DNA of 64,000 nt from Candidatus Woesearchaeota archaeon (GTDB taxonomy: Archaea > Nanobdellota > Nanobdellia > Pacearchaeales > GW2011-AR1), in contig CAZETU010000004.1 in NCBI GenBank assembly GCA_964514585.1, positions 1 through 64,000 of the forward strand, written 5' to 3'. The notes below the pieces were generated by a model. That model saw only the letters and a list, made by a program, of their open reading frames with translations, was not told where the DNA came from and made no database searches. This document shows positions 39,093 through 48,452 of the stretch, one piece after another. Made by a program: the position numbers and the translations under genes. Each line of letters opens with the position of its first letter. Positions within the stretch are counted from its first letter, which is position 1.

Positions 39093-39515
39093 TTATCTTC
39101 GACCCTTCTCAATCTTACCTGACCAAAGTCTAGCCAATGGCTGATCGTTCACTTTAATAATTTGAAATCTAACGCCTGACAAATCTCCCTTAGTCCGACC
39201 CTGCTTCCCACCAATTCTCTCAATCAAAACTTCATCATGCTCATCAACAAACTTCTGCGCCAAATTCCCAGGAATAAAAGCAGTAACTTCCTTACCATTC
39301 TTAATCAACTGAACCCTCGCACATTTCCTCATAGCCGAGTTCGGCTGCTTAGCTTCCTTCTGAATCTTCTTCGTAACAATTCCTTTAGCCTGCGCCGCTC
39401 GCCCAATCGGATCAAACTTCAAACTAATCCCAAGCCGCTTCTTTTTGTCAGGCAACCTGCTATCTCTAAACTTACTCCGCGCTTTCTTCAATTTTCGTCC
39501 ATTCATTAATCCCAT
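39093..39515 (-). CDS. rps12: 30S ribosomal protein S12 (uS12)
   Basis: EAKQPNSAMRKCARVQLIKNGK, GDLSGVRF. Confidence 0.95.
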   Translation of the reverse strand: MGLMNGRKLKKARSKFRDSRLPDKKKRLGISLKFDPIGRAAQAKGIVTKKIQKEAKQPNSAMRKCARVQLIKNGKEVTAFIPGNLAQKFVDEHDEVLIERIGGKQGRTKGDLSGVRFQIIKVNDQPLARLWSGKIEKGRR

Positions 39516-39558
39516 CGTATAAATTAAGTGAAAAGTTGGTTTAAAAACTTTTACATAT

Positions 39559-39984
39559 CTAAGCTATTCTAAATTTAATAATCCCAAAAAAATTCTTCAA
39601 AACTTCAGCTAATTCCTTCTCTCTCTGACGACCACGACCAATCAAAGCAGCCTTGCTCTGACGACCAGCAGTAATCGTTAACGAATTTTCCTTTACTTCA
39701 ACTTTATTAAATTCAACAGGGTCGACAACATCCTCGACAAACTTCCCAATACCATCTCTATCTTCACAATCAGGCATAGCGACAACCTTAATCTTCTTCC
39801 TCAAAATATCCCTCAGCCTCTTAACATTCACAGCATTCTTCCCAATCGCCAAAGAAACCTTAGAACTAGGAACAGCAAAAATAATCTGATTATTATAAAC
39901 AAAACACTTCGTCGTCGAAACCTTGGAAACCTTAGAAAACAAATTAATGTACCTCATCAACTGCATATCAATAGTTCCAGCCAT
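39559..39984 (-). CDS. nusA: Archaeal NusA (KH domains)
   Basis: AIGKNAVNV and ALIGRGRQ KH loops; canonical operon position. Confidence 0.9.
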   Translation of the reverse strand: MAGTIDMQLMRYINLFSKVSKVSTTKCFVYNNQIIFAVPSSKVSLAIGKNAVNVKRLRDILRKKIKVVAMPDCEDRDGIGKFVEDVVDPVEFNKVEVKENSLTITAGRQSKAALIGRGRQREKELAEVLKNFFGIIKFRIA

Positions 39985-39985
39985 T

Positions 39986-40222
39986 TTATCTCAAAGAGAA
40001 AACTTCAGATTCAAAATCGAGATTTAATTCCTTGGCTAATTCTGCTTTAGGCTTCAAAACAACAAATTCAATTCCAGCAGATTCCAACTTTTCAACAGTC
40101 TCATCTCGAGTATCTTTAGCAATAAAAACGCCTTTCAATCCCTTCGGATTTTTCAAAGCTTGACGAACACCAAAACAAACATTCTTTTTTTCCATTCCTT
40201 CCCGAATTTCTTTTACGCTCAT
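39986..40222 (-). CDS. rpl30e: Divergent L30e/L7Ae-family ribosomal protein
   Basis: Canonical position between rpoA and nusA; FGVRQALK and VFIAKD motifs. Confidence 0.65.
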   Translation of the reverse strand: MSVKEIREGMEKKNVCFGVRQALKNPKGLKGVFIAKDTRDETVEKLESAGIEFVVLKPKAELAKELNLDFESEVFSLR

Positions 40223-43200
40223 ACTTTCTTCTCCTTTGTCTTCTCTTCTTTCTTAAGTTTCGATTGGACAGCCAATGGGCCAGTAACTTTAACCAACAAC
40301 CCAGGAAGACCCGTACCAACAGGAACCGGCTGATTCAAAATAACATTCTCAATCACCGACGCCAACTTATCCTTTCTACCAGTCTTAGTAGCCTGAACAA
40401 ACTGCTTATCTGGAGTCTCAAACGCAGCCCTTGCCAAAATCGAACTCTTGTCCCCAATAATACCCATTCGAGTAATACCCTTAACAGCACCAGAACCAGT
40501 CATAGTATCCGCGACAAGCATAGCGTGCTTGCCATCAATCGCAAGACCCTGAGAAACAATTACACCATTAATTTCATTAATAACTAATTGTCGAGCAGCC
40601 TCAATTCCCAAAACATCCGAAACCTCATAAATATCATTCGTAATAATCCTATCAGCATCGATACCCTTAAACTTCAGCAAATCCTTTAAATTTGAACCAG
40701 CCGTCAAAATCACATAATCCCTATCCCTCTTAACAACCAAAACCTGCGAAATCTTCTTAACACCAGTCAAAATAACTTCCTTAATTTTCTCCTTAGTTTT
40801 ATAAATCATCTTAAAATCTTCCTTAGACATATCAAGAGTAATTCCGTCAGACAACTTCTTAGCATCGAAACCCTTATCATTCAAAACCTCAACAGCCTTA
40901 TCTAAAGTTATGTGAGCCAATTTCAAAGATGCATTATCAACACCAATCTTAATCTTCTTAGAGCCAAAATCAATCCCAATCTCAGAAACAATTTCCTTCA
41001 ACTTAACTTCCTTAATCTTCTCAGCAACAACCCTAGCATCCTTCTCATTATTATGATCCTTATCCAAATAAATAACCATAGCTGGTGTCTTAGGTAACTT
41101 ACGAGCATCCAAAATTTCAATTATTCTCGGCAACCCCTGAGTAACCTGCATCTCTGCAACACCAGCAGCGTGAAACGTATTCAAAACCATCTGAGTCGAA
41201 GCTTCACCAAAACTCTGAGCAGTCACAACACCAATAGCTTCACCAGACGCAACCGGCATATTCTTATGTTTAGCAGAAACATCAATCCCATCAAGACCAT
41301 ACTTAAACTGAACAATATTATTAGAAGCATCCCTCACAGTACCGTCGTAAGCCATAACCAAATCCTGCAAAGAATTTGCCAACCTTCTATACAAATAACC
41401 AGACTTCGGCGTCCTAAGAGCTACATCCATCAGACCATCTCGACCAGTCATAGAACCAAAGAAAAATTCCTGAGCAGTCAAACCTTTCATCAAAGAACTA
41501 TAAATAAACCCTCTAGCCTTCGGCGACAAATCTCCCTTCTTGAAAAACGGCAATGTCCTATCGGTATACCCAAAATCAATTCTACGCCCATTCAATACTT
41601 GCTGCCCAACCGAACAGGCAATCTGAGTAATATTAAGCATACTACCCTTCGCCCCCGAACCAATCATCTTACTAGTCAAATTATCCTTAGGAAAACCTTC
41701 CTTAACAGCGTCACCAATCTCAGTTCGAGTCTCATTCAAAACCTGCAAAACCTTATTTTCCCTCGTCTCCTCAGAACTCTTACCCGGCAAGCATTCAATA
41801 CTGCCATCGTAATAACTATCAATAATTTTCTGAGACTTAGCCTCAGCAACTTCAATAATCTTAGCCGTCTTATTCTTAACTTCCTTAGGAACGTCTAAAT
41901 CAGTCATAGAAAGTGTAAACCCCGTCCTCGATAAAAAAGTCGTACCAATGGCAAAAACTCTTCTCAAAAGTTCAGTAACCTCACTTCGACTCATCTTAGT
42001 ATCAGCGATCCTTAAAGCGTCGCCACTACCTTCCTTAAATCCTTTAAAATCGACATTATCTCCAGCCATAACTTTAGGGATAACTTTATCAAAAACATCC
42101 TTTCCTGAATTCATTGCCTTAAAATTAGGAACCTCAACGCCCGCTTCATACATCAATTGCGAAGCGTCCTCCTTACTAAGTTCAGCCTCATTCAACATAA
42201 AATTCCCACTAACAGCATCCGCAACACAGCCTAAAAAATTCATATTATTCTTTGGCGAAAATAAATTATTATCAACATTCAACAAAACCTCTGCTTCAGC
42301 CCTAGCCTCTTCAGTCTGTGGAGCGTGAATATTCATCTCATCCCCATCAAAGTCCGCACCATAGGGACCACAAACAGCAGGATGAATTCTAAAAGTCCTA
42401 CATGGAAGAACCTTAACAAAATGAGCCATCAGCGACGCTCTATGCAAAGAAGGATGCCTATTAAACAAAACAATGTCTCCATCAATCAAATGCCTCTCAA
42501 CAACATAACCAGGCTCAATCTCCTCTTTCAATTCTTCCCTCAAATCATTAGTAATTCTTTTCCTCTTCCCATCAGGTCGAATAATATAATTAGCACCAGG
42601 ATATTCCGCCTTCATAATCAATTCCTTCAACTTCTTAATATTAAGCGATGTCACCCTCTCTGCAGCAGTCAAAATCTTTGCAACTTCAAAAGGAACACCA
42701 ACTTCATTTAGCCTCATATTAGGATCCGGAGAAATAACAGTACGAGCAGAAAAATTAACTCTCTTCCCAGCCAAATTCTTTCTAATTCGTCCTTCCTTAC
42801 CTTTAATTCTCTCAGTAATAGTCTTCAATGGCTGACCACTTCTATGCCTCGCTGGCGGAATCTTTGCAATTGAATTATCAAAGAAGGTCGTAATATGATA
42901 CTGCAATAAATCCCAAAGATCCTCGATAATAACCTCAGGCGCACCAGCATTCAAATTTTCCCAAAGCCTTTGATTAGACCGAATAATATCCGACAACTTA
43001 TGTGTCAAATCATCTTCACTTCTTTCACCAGATTCCAAAGTAATAGAAGGTCGAACCGTTACAGACGGAACAAGCAACAAAGTCAAAATCGCCCATTCAG
43101 GCCTCAAAGTCTCAGCATTAATTCCCAAAATCTTCAAATCGTCGTCGCTAACCTTAACCAATCTCTCCCTAATCTCAGAAGGGAAAAGTCTCCGCCTACC

Positions 43201-43659
43201 TGATCTAAAGGTAGTAGGTTTCTCCAACTTAACTTTCTCCTGAATAATACTACAATGAGGACATTTCTTTCCATCCTTAGCCTTCTTAATTCTATCAATC
43301 AAATTCTTACTCAAATCCTTCTCTTCTTTAATTAAAACCTTACCACAAGCCTCACAAGTTGACCTCAAAACCAAATCAATAATTGGCAGATACTTAATAT
43401 GAACAAGAGGTCGAGCTAATTCAATAACACCAGGATGACCAAGACATTCCTTCAATCGACCACCACAAGTTCTACACCGAACACCAGGGTCAATCGCACC
43501 AAGCCTCAAATCCATCAAACCACCATCAACCGGATAACCATCAACGTCATAAAGCTCCGGCGTCACAATCTTCGCAACACTCAACTTCTTAATCTGCTCA
43601 GGACTAAGTAAGTGAAAAGTCATCGCATCAATTTGTTTCTTAATTGGTTTCCTACTCAT
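40219..43659 (-). CDS. rpoA1: RNA polymerase largest subunit, A' and A'' fused (1146 aa)
   Basis: Clamp Zn sites, FNRHPSLHR, GADFDGDEMN, bridge helix, then in frame GEAIGVVTAQSFGEASTQMVLNTFHAAG and A'' C-terminal motifs. Confidence 0.95.
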   Translation of the reverse strand: MSRKPIKKQIDAMTFHLLSPEQIKKLSVAKIVTPELYDVDGYPVDGGLMDLRLGAIDPGVRCRTCGGRLKECLGHPGVIELARPLVHIKYLPIIDLVLRSTCEACGKVLIKEEKDLSKNLIDRIKKAKDGKKCPHCSIIQEKVKLEKPTTFRSGRRRLFPSEIRERLVKVSDDDLKILGINAETLRPEWAILTLLLVPSVTVRPSITLESGERSEDDLTHKLSDIIRSNQRLWENLNAGAPEVIIEDLWDLLQYHITTFFDNSIAKIPPARHRSGQPLKTITERIKGKEGRIRKNLAGKRVNFSARTVISPDPNMRLNEVGVPFEVAKILTAAERVTSLNIKKLKELIMKAEYPGANYIIRPDGKRKRITNDLREELKEEIEPGYVVERHLIDGDIVLFNRHPSLHRASLMAHFVKVLPCRTFRIHPAVCGPYGADFDGDEMNIHAPQTEEARAEAEVLLNVDNNLFSPKNNMNFLGCVADAVSGNFMLNEAELSKEDASQLMYEAGVEVPNFKAMNSGKDVFDKVIPKVMAGDNVDFKGFKEGSGDALRIADTKMSRSEVTELLRRVFAIGTTFLSRTGFTLSMTDLDVPKEVKNKTAKIIEVAEAKSQKIIDSYYDGSIECLPGKSSEETRENKVLQVLNETRTEIGDAVKEGFPKDNLTSKMIGSGAKGSMLNITQIACSVGQQVLNGRRIDFGYTDRTLPFFKKGDLSPKARGFIYSSLMKGLTAQEFFFGSMTGRDGLMDVALRTPKSGYLYRRLANSLQDLVMAYDGTVRDASNNIVQFKYGLDGIDVSAKHKNMPVASGEAIGVVTAQSFGEASTQMVLNTFHAAGVAEMQVTQGLPRIIEILDARKLPKTPAMVIYLDKDHNNEKDARVVAEKIKEVKLKEIVSEIGIDFGSKKIKIGVDNASLKLAHITLDKAVEVLNDKGFDAKKLSDGITLDMSKEDFKMIYKTKEKIKEVILTGVKKISQVLVVKRDRDYVILTAGSNLKDLLKFKGIDADRIITNDIYEVSDVLGIEAARQLVINEINGVIVSQGLAIDGKHAMLVADTMTGSGAVKGITRMGIIGDKSSILARAAFETPDKQFVQATKTGRKDKLASVIENVILNQPVPVGTGLPGLLVKVTGPLAVQSKLKKEEKTKEKKV

Positions 43660-43660
43660 T

Positions 43661-46600
43661 TTATTCGTACTTGTTCTTTAGCTCGAATTTAGTTAATAAA
43701 TGCAATCCCTGTAATTCCTCAACCAACAACTTGAAAGCATACGAAACCTCAATGGGTTCAATCTGATTTGAATGACAAAGGCTACAAACTTTCTTATTAT
43801 GAATCTGATCATCGATAACAACACTCCCACACTTCGAACAAATATTCAAAACAACCTTATCAGAATCGTAACGCTCCTTCAAAAGAAGAGACGCCCCATG
43901 CCCAACCAAAGCTTCCTGCTCCATTTCTCCAAGTCTCAAAGCTCCACCCCGACTCCTACCCTCGATAGGCTGCCTAGTCAACAAAGCAATCTTCCCCGAA
44001 GCTCGAGCGTGCATCTTATCCGCAACCATATACTTCAACTTCAAATAAAACATATTACCAATAAAAATCTTAACAGGCATTCGCTTCCCAGTAATCCCGT
44101 TATACATAACTTCCTTACCACTCGCTCTAAATCCTAACTTCTTCAAATTATCTTCAAGACTATCAATCGTCTCACCACTAAAACTAGAAGCATCAACAAT
44201 TCTTCCAGAAAGAGCAGCCAACTTACCAGCCAAAACATCCATCAAATAACCAACAGTCATACGCGATGGTATACCATGAGGATTAAACATAATGTCCGGT
44301 CGTATACCACTAACAGTAAACGGAATATCAGCCTCCTTAGCAATCATACCAACAATACCTTTCTGTCCATGAGGCACCGAAAACTTATCTCCAACTTCAG
44401 GAATTCTCAATTCTCGAGTTCTAACCTGAACAATCTTATTACCTTCTTTATCTTGAGTAATAAAAACAGCGTCGACAATACCAGTCTCTTCTTGCTTAAT
44501 AGCAGAAGAATTCTCCTTCTTTGTCTGAATAGAAATTTCCCTAGCCTCACTCAAAAATTTAGGAGGACTAATCTTGCCAATAACAACCTCACCCTCATTC
44601 AAAGAAGCCTCAGGATAAACAATACCATCATCTTCCAAAAACCTATAGCTCTCTTCCAATCTGTAACCAGAAACATCCTTGTCAGGAATCATAATCTCAT
44701 CACGAAGACCACCGGCATAGTTCAACTCAATAGAAGTATACGGCCTAAATCTAGAGCTTCTACCAAATCCCCTATCAACAGAACCACCATTCAAAACAGT
44801 AGCATCTTCCATATTATAACCCTCATAAGGCATAATCGCCAAAACAACATTCTGCCCAACAGGATGAACATTTAAAGTATCATAAACAAAACTTCTAACT
44901 AGGGGCTTCTGCGGATAATGCAAAAGAGAAACATCAGTATCAATTCTAACAGGAAAATTACCAGCATAAATTCCAAGGCCCTGTCTATAAGCTCTAGAAC
45001 CACCCTTAACCATACGCGCAGGAGGATCATGATTTCCAAAAGGAATCAAAGAAACCGAAACACCAAAAACATCAATATCATCAATCTCAAGATGAGTATG
45101 CTCCTCAGTCAAGCCATCTTCTTTCAAAGAAAGATAACAATCATCTTCCTCAGCAGCATCAAGATACTCCAAAATTCCCTGCCTAAACAATTCTTCCCAA
45201 GACAAATTTCCTTCCTTAACCAATTCCAAATGTTCTTCCTTTAATCTAGAAACGCCATTCTCAACGATAATCAAAGGTCGAATAACTCTACCAACTTCAG
45301 AACTTATAAAAACAGTATTCAAAAACTTATCAAACCGAACAGACATTTCAACCGGTAACCTATTTTCTCTCCTAGCTTCTCTAACCAACTTCGTAAAATC
45401 TTCAGCCTCATCAATAGAACCAACAAATCGTCCATTATAAAAAACATCAACATTCCCTTCGTCACTAATCATTCCAGATTCCTTCAAAACCTTCAAAACA
45501 TCATCATGCTCCATCGTCGTCCTCGTAGTAATTCTAGCAAGCAATGCCAAATTTTTCCTAAGACCAATCTCAGTTCCTTCTGGAGTTTCAATCGGACAGA
45601 ATCGACCATAATGAGTTGGATGAACAGTCCTAGCAGCCAAATTTTCCTGCTCACCAGGCAAAGTCGAAGTCACTCTCTGTAATTGAGACATAATCGCAAA
45701 AGAATTATTCTTATCCATATTCTGAGTCACACCATTTCTCTCACCAATCCACGAACCGGTCGCAATCGCCGATTCAACCCTGTGAGTAAACAAAGTCGAC
45801 TTAGCAATAGTCTTAATAGAATAAAACTTACGTCTCTTCACAGTCTTCTGCAAAGTATGCTGAACCTCTCTAAGCAAAATATTAATATTAACCCTAAACA
45901 AATCAGACAACAAATCCCCACTCAATCTAACTCTCTTATTAGCATAATGGTCCTTATCAGTAAAAGCATCACCAGGATTTTCCCTCGCAATATAAAACTG
46001 CTTAATAAATTTACAAAGCGTCTTAGCTTTCTCAAGACGAGCCGCCTTGTCTAAACCAATATGAGGTAAAAAGTAAGAATCCATTCTCTGCTTAACCCTA
46101 TCAAGCATCTCCTTGTTCGTACCCTGCAAAGAACTCTTCTCCGCAATCCACATCAAAGCATCATTCACATTAGCAATTTCAGCATATTCATAAAGATTAA
46201 CGGCCAAACTATCCGTCTGCTTCCCAATCAACTGCGCAATCTCAGCGTCACTAGTCAAGCCCAAAGCCTTCAAAAGAACAATAGCCGGAATATCTCTAAA
46301 CCTCGAAAACGAAGCCTCCAAAATTCCCTCAGGACTCTCAACTAAATTAACTGGAATCTTATAAGCCCCTCGCTGCGAGAACAGCCTCAAAACCAATCTA
46401 TTCTTAGTCTTCTGCCACTCAACAAAAGTTTGATTCGAAGCCAAATCCTCAGCCATAACCATAACTCTCTCATTACCATTAATCAAAAAATAGCCACCAT
46501 GATCTTTAGGATCAATATAATTCTTAATCAAATCCTCCTCATTCATTCCATCAAGATTACAAGCCCGACTCTTAACCATAATCGGAATCCTACCAAGCTG

Positions 46601-46915
46601 AACTTCCTCAGTCTCAACCTGACCAGCATAATTAATCGCCATCTCAATCCAAATCGGAGCAGAATAAGTCAAATTTCTCAAACGAGATTCAGCAGGAGTA
46701 ATCGGCCGACTAGAACCATCACTCTCGATAATATTCGGCTTACCAACCCTAACCTTACCAAGTTTAATCTCAAAATCCTCATTAGGCAAACCGTCAGACA
46801 ACTCCGTCACAATTTCCTGCATCTTATTTTCAACAAAATCATTAAAAGACTTAATATTAGACTCAACAAGTGAATGGTTCTTCAAAAACTCTTTAACTAA
46901 AACATGCTCAGCCAT
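43661..46915 (-). CDS. rpoB: RNA polymerase subunit B (single chain)
   Basis: GGYFLING, CPIETPEG, GYNMEDA, GDKF..PHGQKG, LKYMVADKMHAR, GGALRLGEME. Confidence 0.96.
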   Translation of the reverse strand: MAEHVLVKEFLKNHSLVESNIKSFNDFVENKMQEIVTELSDGLPNEDFEIKLGKVRVGKPNIIESDGSSRPITPAESRLRNLTYSAPIWIEMAINYAGQVETEEVQLGRIPIMVKSRACNLDGMNEEDLIKNYIDPKDHGGYFLINGNERVMVMAEDLASNQTFVEWQKTKNRLVLRLFSQRGAYKIPVNLVESPEGILEASFSRFRDIPAIVLLKALGLTSDAEIAQLIGKQTDSLAVNLYEYAEIANVNDALMWIAEKSSLQGTNKEMLDRVKQRMDSYFLPHIGLDKAARLEKAKTLCKFIKQFYIARENPGDAFTDKDHYANKRVRLSGDLLSDLFRVNINILLREVQHTLQKTVKRRKFYSIKTIAKSTLFTHRVESAIATGSWIGERNGVTQNMDKNNSFAIMSQLQRVTSTLPGEQENLAARTVHPTHYGRFCPIETPEGTEIGLRKNLALLARITTRTTMEHDDVLKVLKESGMISDEGNVDVFYNGRFVGSIDEAEDFTKLVREARRENRLPVEMSVRFDKFLNTVFISSEVGRVIRPLIIVENGVSRLKEEHLELVKEGNLSWEELFRQGILEYLDAAEEDDCYLSLKEDGLTEEHTHLEIDDIDVFGVSVSLIPFGNHDPPARMVKGGSRAYRQGLGIYAGNFPVRIDTDVSLLHYPQKPLVRSFVYDTLNVHPVGQNVVLAIMPYEGYNMEDATVLNGGSVDRGFGRSSRFRPYTSIELNYAGGLRDEIMIPDKDVSGYRLEESYRFLEDDGIVYPEASLNEGEVVIGKISPPKFLSEAREISIQTKKENSSAIKQEETGIVDAVFITQDKEGNKIVQVRTRELRIPEVGDKFSVPHGQKGIVGMIAKEADIPFTVSGIRPDIMFNPHGIPSRMTVGYLMDVLAGKLAALSGRIVDASSFSGETIDSLEDNLKKLGFRASGKEVMYNGITGKRMPVKIFIGNMFYLKLKYMVADKMHARASGKIALLTRQPIEGRSRGGALRLGEMEQEALVGHGASLLLKERYDSDKVVLNICSKCGSVVIDDQIHNKKVCSLCHSNQIEPIEVSYAFKLLVEELQGLHLLTKFELKNKYE

Positions 46916-46916
46916 C

Positions 46917-47120
46917 TTAAATCACAACCCTATAATAAACTTCGGCCAAATCACCCTTTCGTTCAATTTTAACAACGTCTCCAGTCTCACAACCTTCAGG
47001 AAGAGCAGCGTCCTTCTTAGAAATTTTCGGCAACTGCGCCAAAGCAATATTAAACTGAAGCAGAACCTTCTCTACCTCATTGGGATTCAGCTTCGTGTGC
47101 TTTGGTTGGAGTATATGCAT
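46917..47120 (-). CDS. rpoH: RNA polymerase subunit H (Rpo5)
   Basis: HILQPKH, LPKISKKD, GDVVKIER, YYRVV. Confidence 0.93.
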   Translation of the reverse strand: MHILQPKHTKLNPNEVEKVLLQFNIALAQLPKISKKDAALPEGCETGDVVKIERKGDLAEVYYRVVI

Positions 47121-47278
47121 CTTACTTTTAGAATATTACCTTTAGATAAAAAAAAGACCAAAAATGGCTTTAAAAACTTTTGCTTTTTGTTATTATAAAG
47201 TAGTTCGAGACAAAATTGCCCTCCCACAAAGATACATTACAATAATACTTTTAAATCACATTAATATAATTCATTAAA

Positions 47279-48196
47279 ATGATTAACAGACAAAGAACCA
47301 TCAAAAAACCATTTAAGCTTTCAGGAATAGAAGCACTTGGTGGAAAATCTGTATATGTTTATTTTGAGAAAGCTCCAGTAGACAATGGAATTAAGTTTAT
47401 AACTCCCTCTGGATACATTCCTGCATCATTAGATTGCGTTAAATCGAAAACAGCTTTTTTAGATCTTGCACGAACATTATCCCTAAGCAATGGAAGAAAT
47501 GATATTCTAGTGCCAGAACATTTACTTGGGATCGTCTTTGGAATGGAGCTAGATAATGCAAATATAATCTTAGAAACAGAAGAATCAAGAAGTTATTCTG
47601 CTTTAAAAGGAATATTGGGGTCTTCTAATTCTGATGTTGTACCATATCTCGGAGAAGCTCTATATGATCACTTAGAAAATAATTTAGAAGAACAAGAAAC
47701 CCCTAGAAAAAATTTATTTCTCGAACACAGAATAGAAAGTGATAGATTATCCATAGAACCAACAGATAGAAAGGGAATAATTATAGACATAGAAACTGAC
47801 TATAAATTAAGAAGTGGAGAAAGAGTGATTCAATCATATAAGGGGGAAATAACACCCGAACTAGTAAAAGAAATTTCATTAGCCAGAGCCTATTGCAGAG
47901 TTCCACACTGGTCCCCAAAAACTTTAACAAAATTTCTGAGTCAGTTCTTCTATCTTTCACAAGGCTTAGGGAATGGGAGCAATAAAGATAATATTTTTTA
48001 TCCAGAAAAAACCGCCAATGGTTGGCATGCCCAAGAAAGAGTGGAGGCCGAAATAGTCAAACATTCAATTTTAGACAAACTGGGAGAAATAGCATTACTA
48101 TCAGGAAGATTATCTAGAGTAAAAATAACATCTCGTGGAGCAAGTCATAAACACACAATGGGGTTTCTTCAAAAATATCAAGACAAATTTAGATAA
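47279..48196 (+). CDS. LpxC-like Zn-dependent deacetylase
   Basis: QRTIKKP..LSG, PEHLL, EISLARAY, VKHSILDKLG, ASH align with LpxC QRTLK, VEHL, EISRARTF, RHKMLD, SGH. Confidence 0.75.
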   Translation: MINRQRTIKKPFKLSGIEALGGKSVYVYFEKAPVDNGIKFITPSGYIPASLDCVKSKTAFLDLARTLSLSNGRNDILVPEHLLGIVFGMELDNANIILETEESRSYSALKGILGSSNSDVVPYLGEALYDHLENNLEEQETPRKNLFLEHRIESDRLSIEPTDRKGIIIDIETDYKLRSGERVIQSYKGEITPELVKEISLARAYCRVPHWSPKTLTKFLSQFFYLSQGLGNGSNKDNIFYPEKTANGWHAQERVEAEIVKHSILDKLGEIALLSGRLSRVKITSRGASHKHTMGFLQKYQDKFR

Positions 48197-48301
48197 AAAA
48201 TAGTCCGAGGGAATTAAAGAGTCTTTATAACTCCTTAGAAATTATTTACAATTTCGGCCGAGCTTCTTTGAAGCGACGGTTGTTCAAAGACCCGAGAAAA
48301 A

Positions 48302-48376
48302 TGGCCCCGAGGGGATTTGAACCCCCGACACCTGGATTAAAAGTCCAGTGCTCTAACCAGGCTGAGCTACGGAGCC
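48302..48376 (-). tRNA. tRNA-Lys(TTT)
   Basis: GGCTCCG/CGGGGCC acceptor, CTGGA-CT-TTT-AA-TCCAG, TTCAAAT loop. Confidence 0.94.
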
Positions 48377-48452
48377 ATTAAATTACTGAGAAAATTTAAC
48401 TTTAAAAACTTGTGGGATTAAAGCACTGACACCTCAATCTTAACTTTAAAAA

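Noticed and set aside
48210-48296. Hairpins between the LpxC-like gene and tRNA-Lys (TCTTTGAA/TTCAAAGA) as an ncRNA or att site
   Set aside because: Short stems between convergent genes fit terminators; no second tRNA fragment was found.
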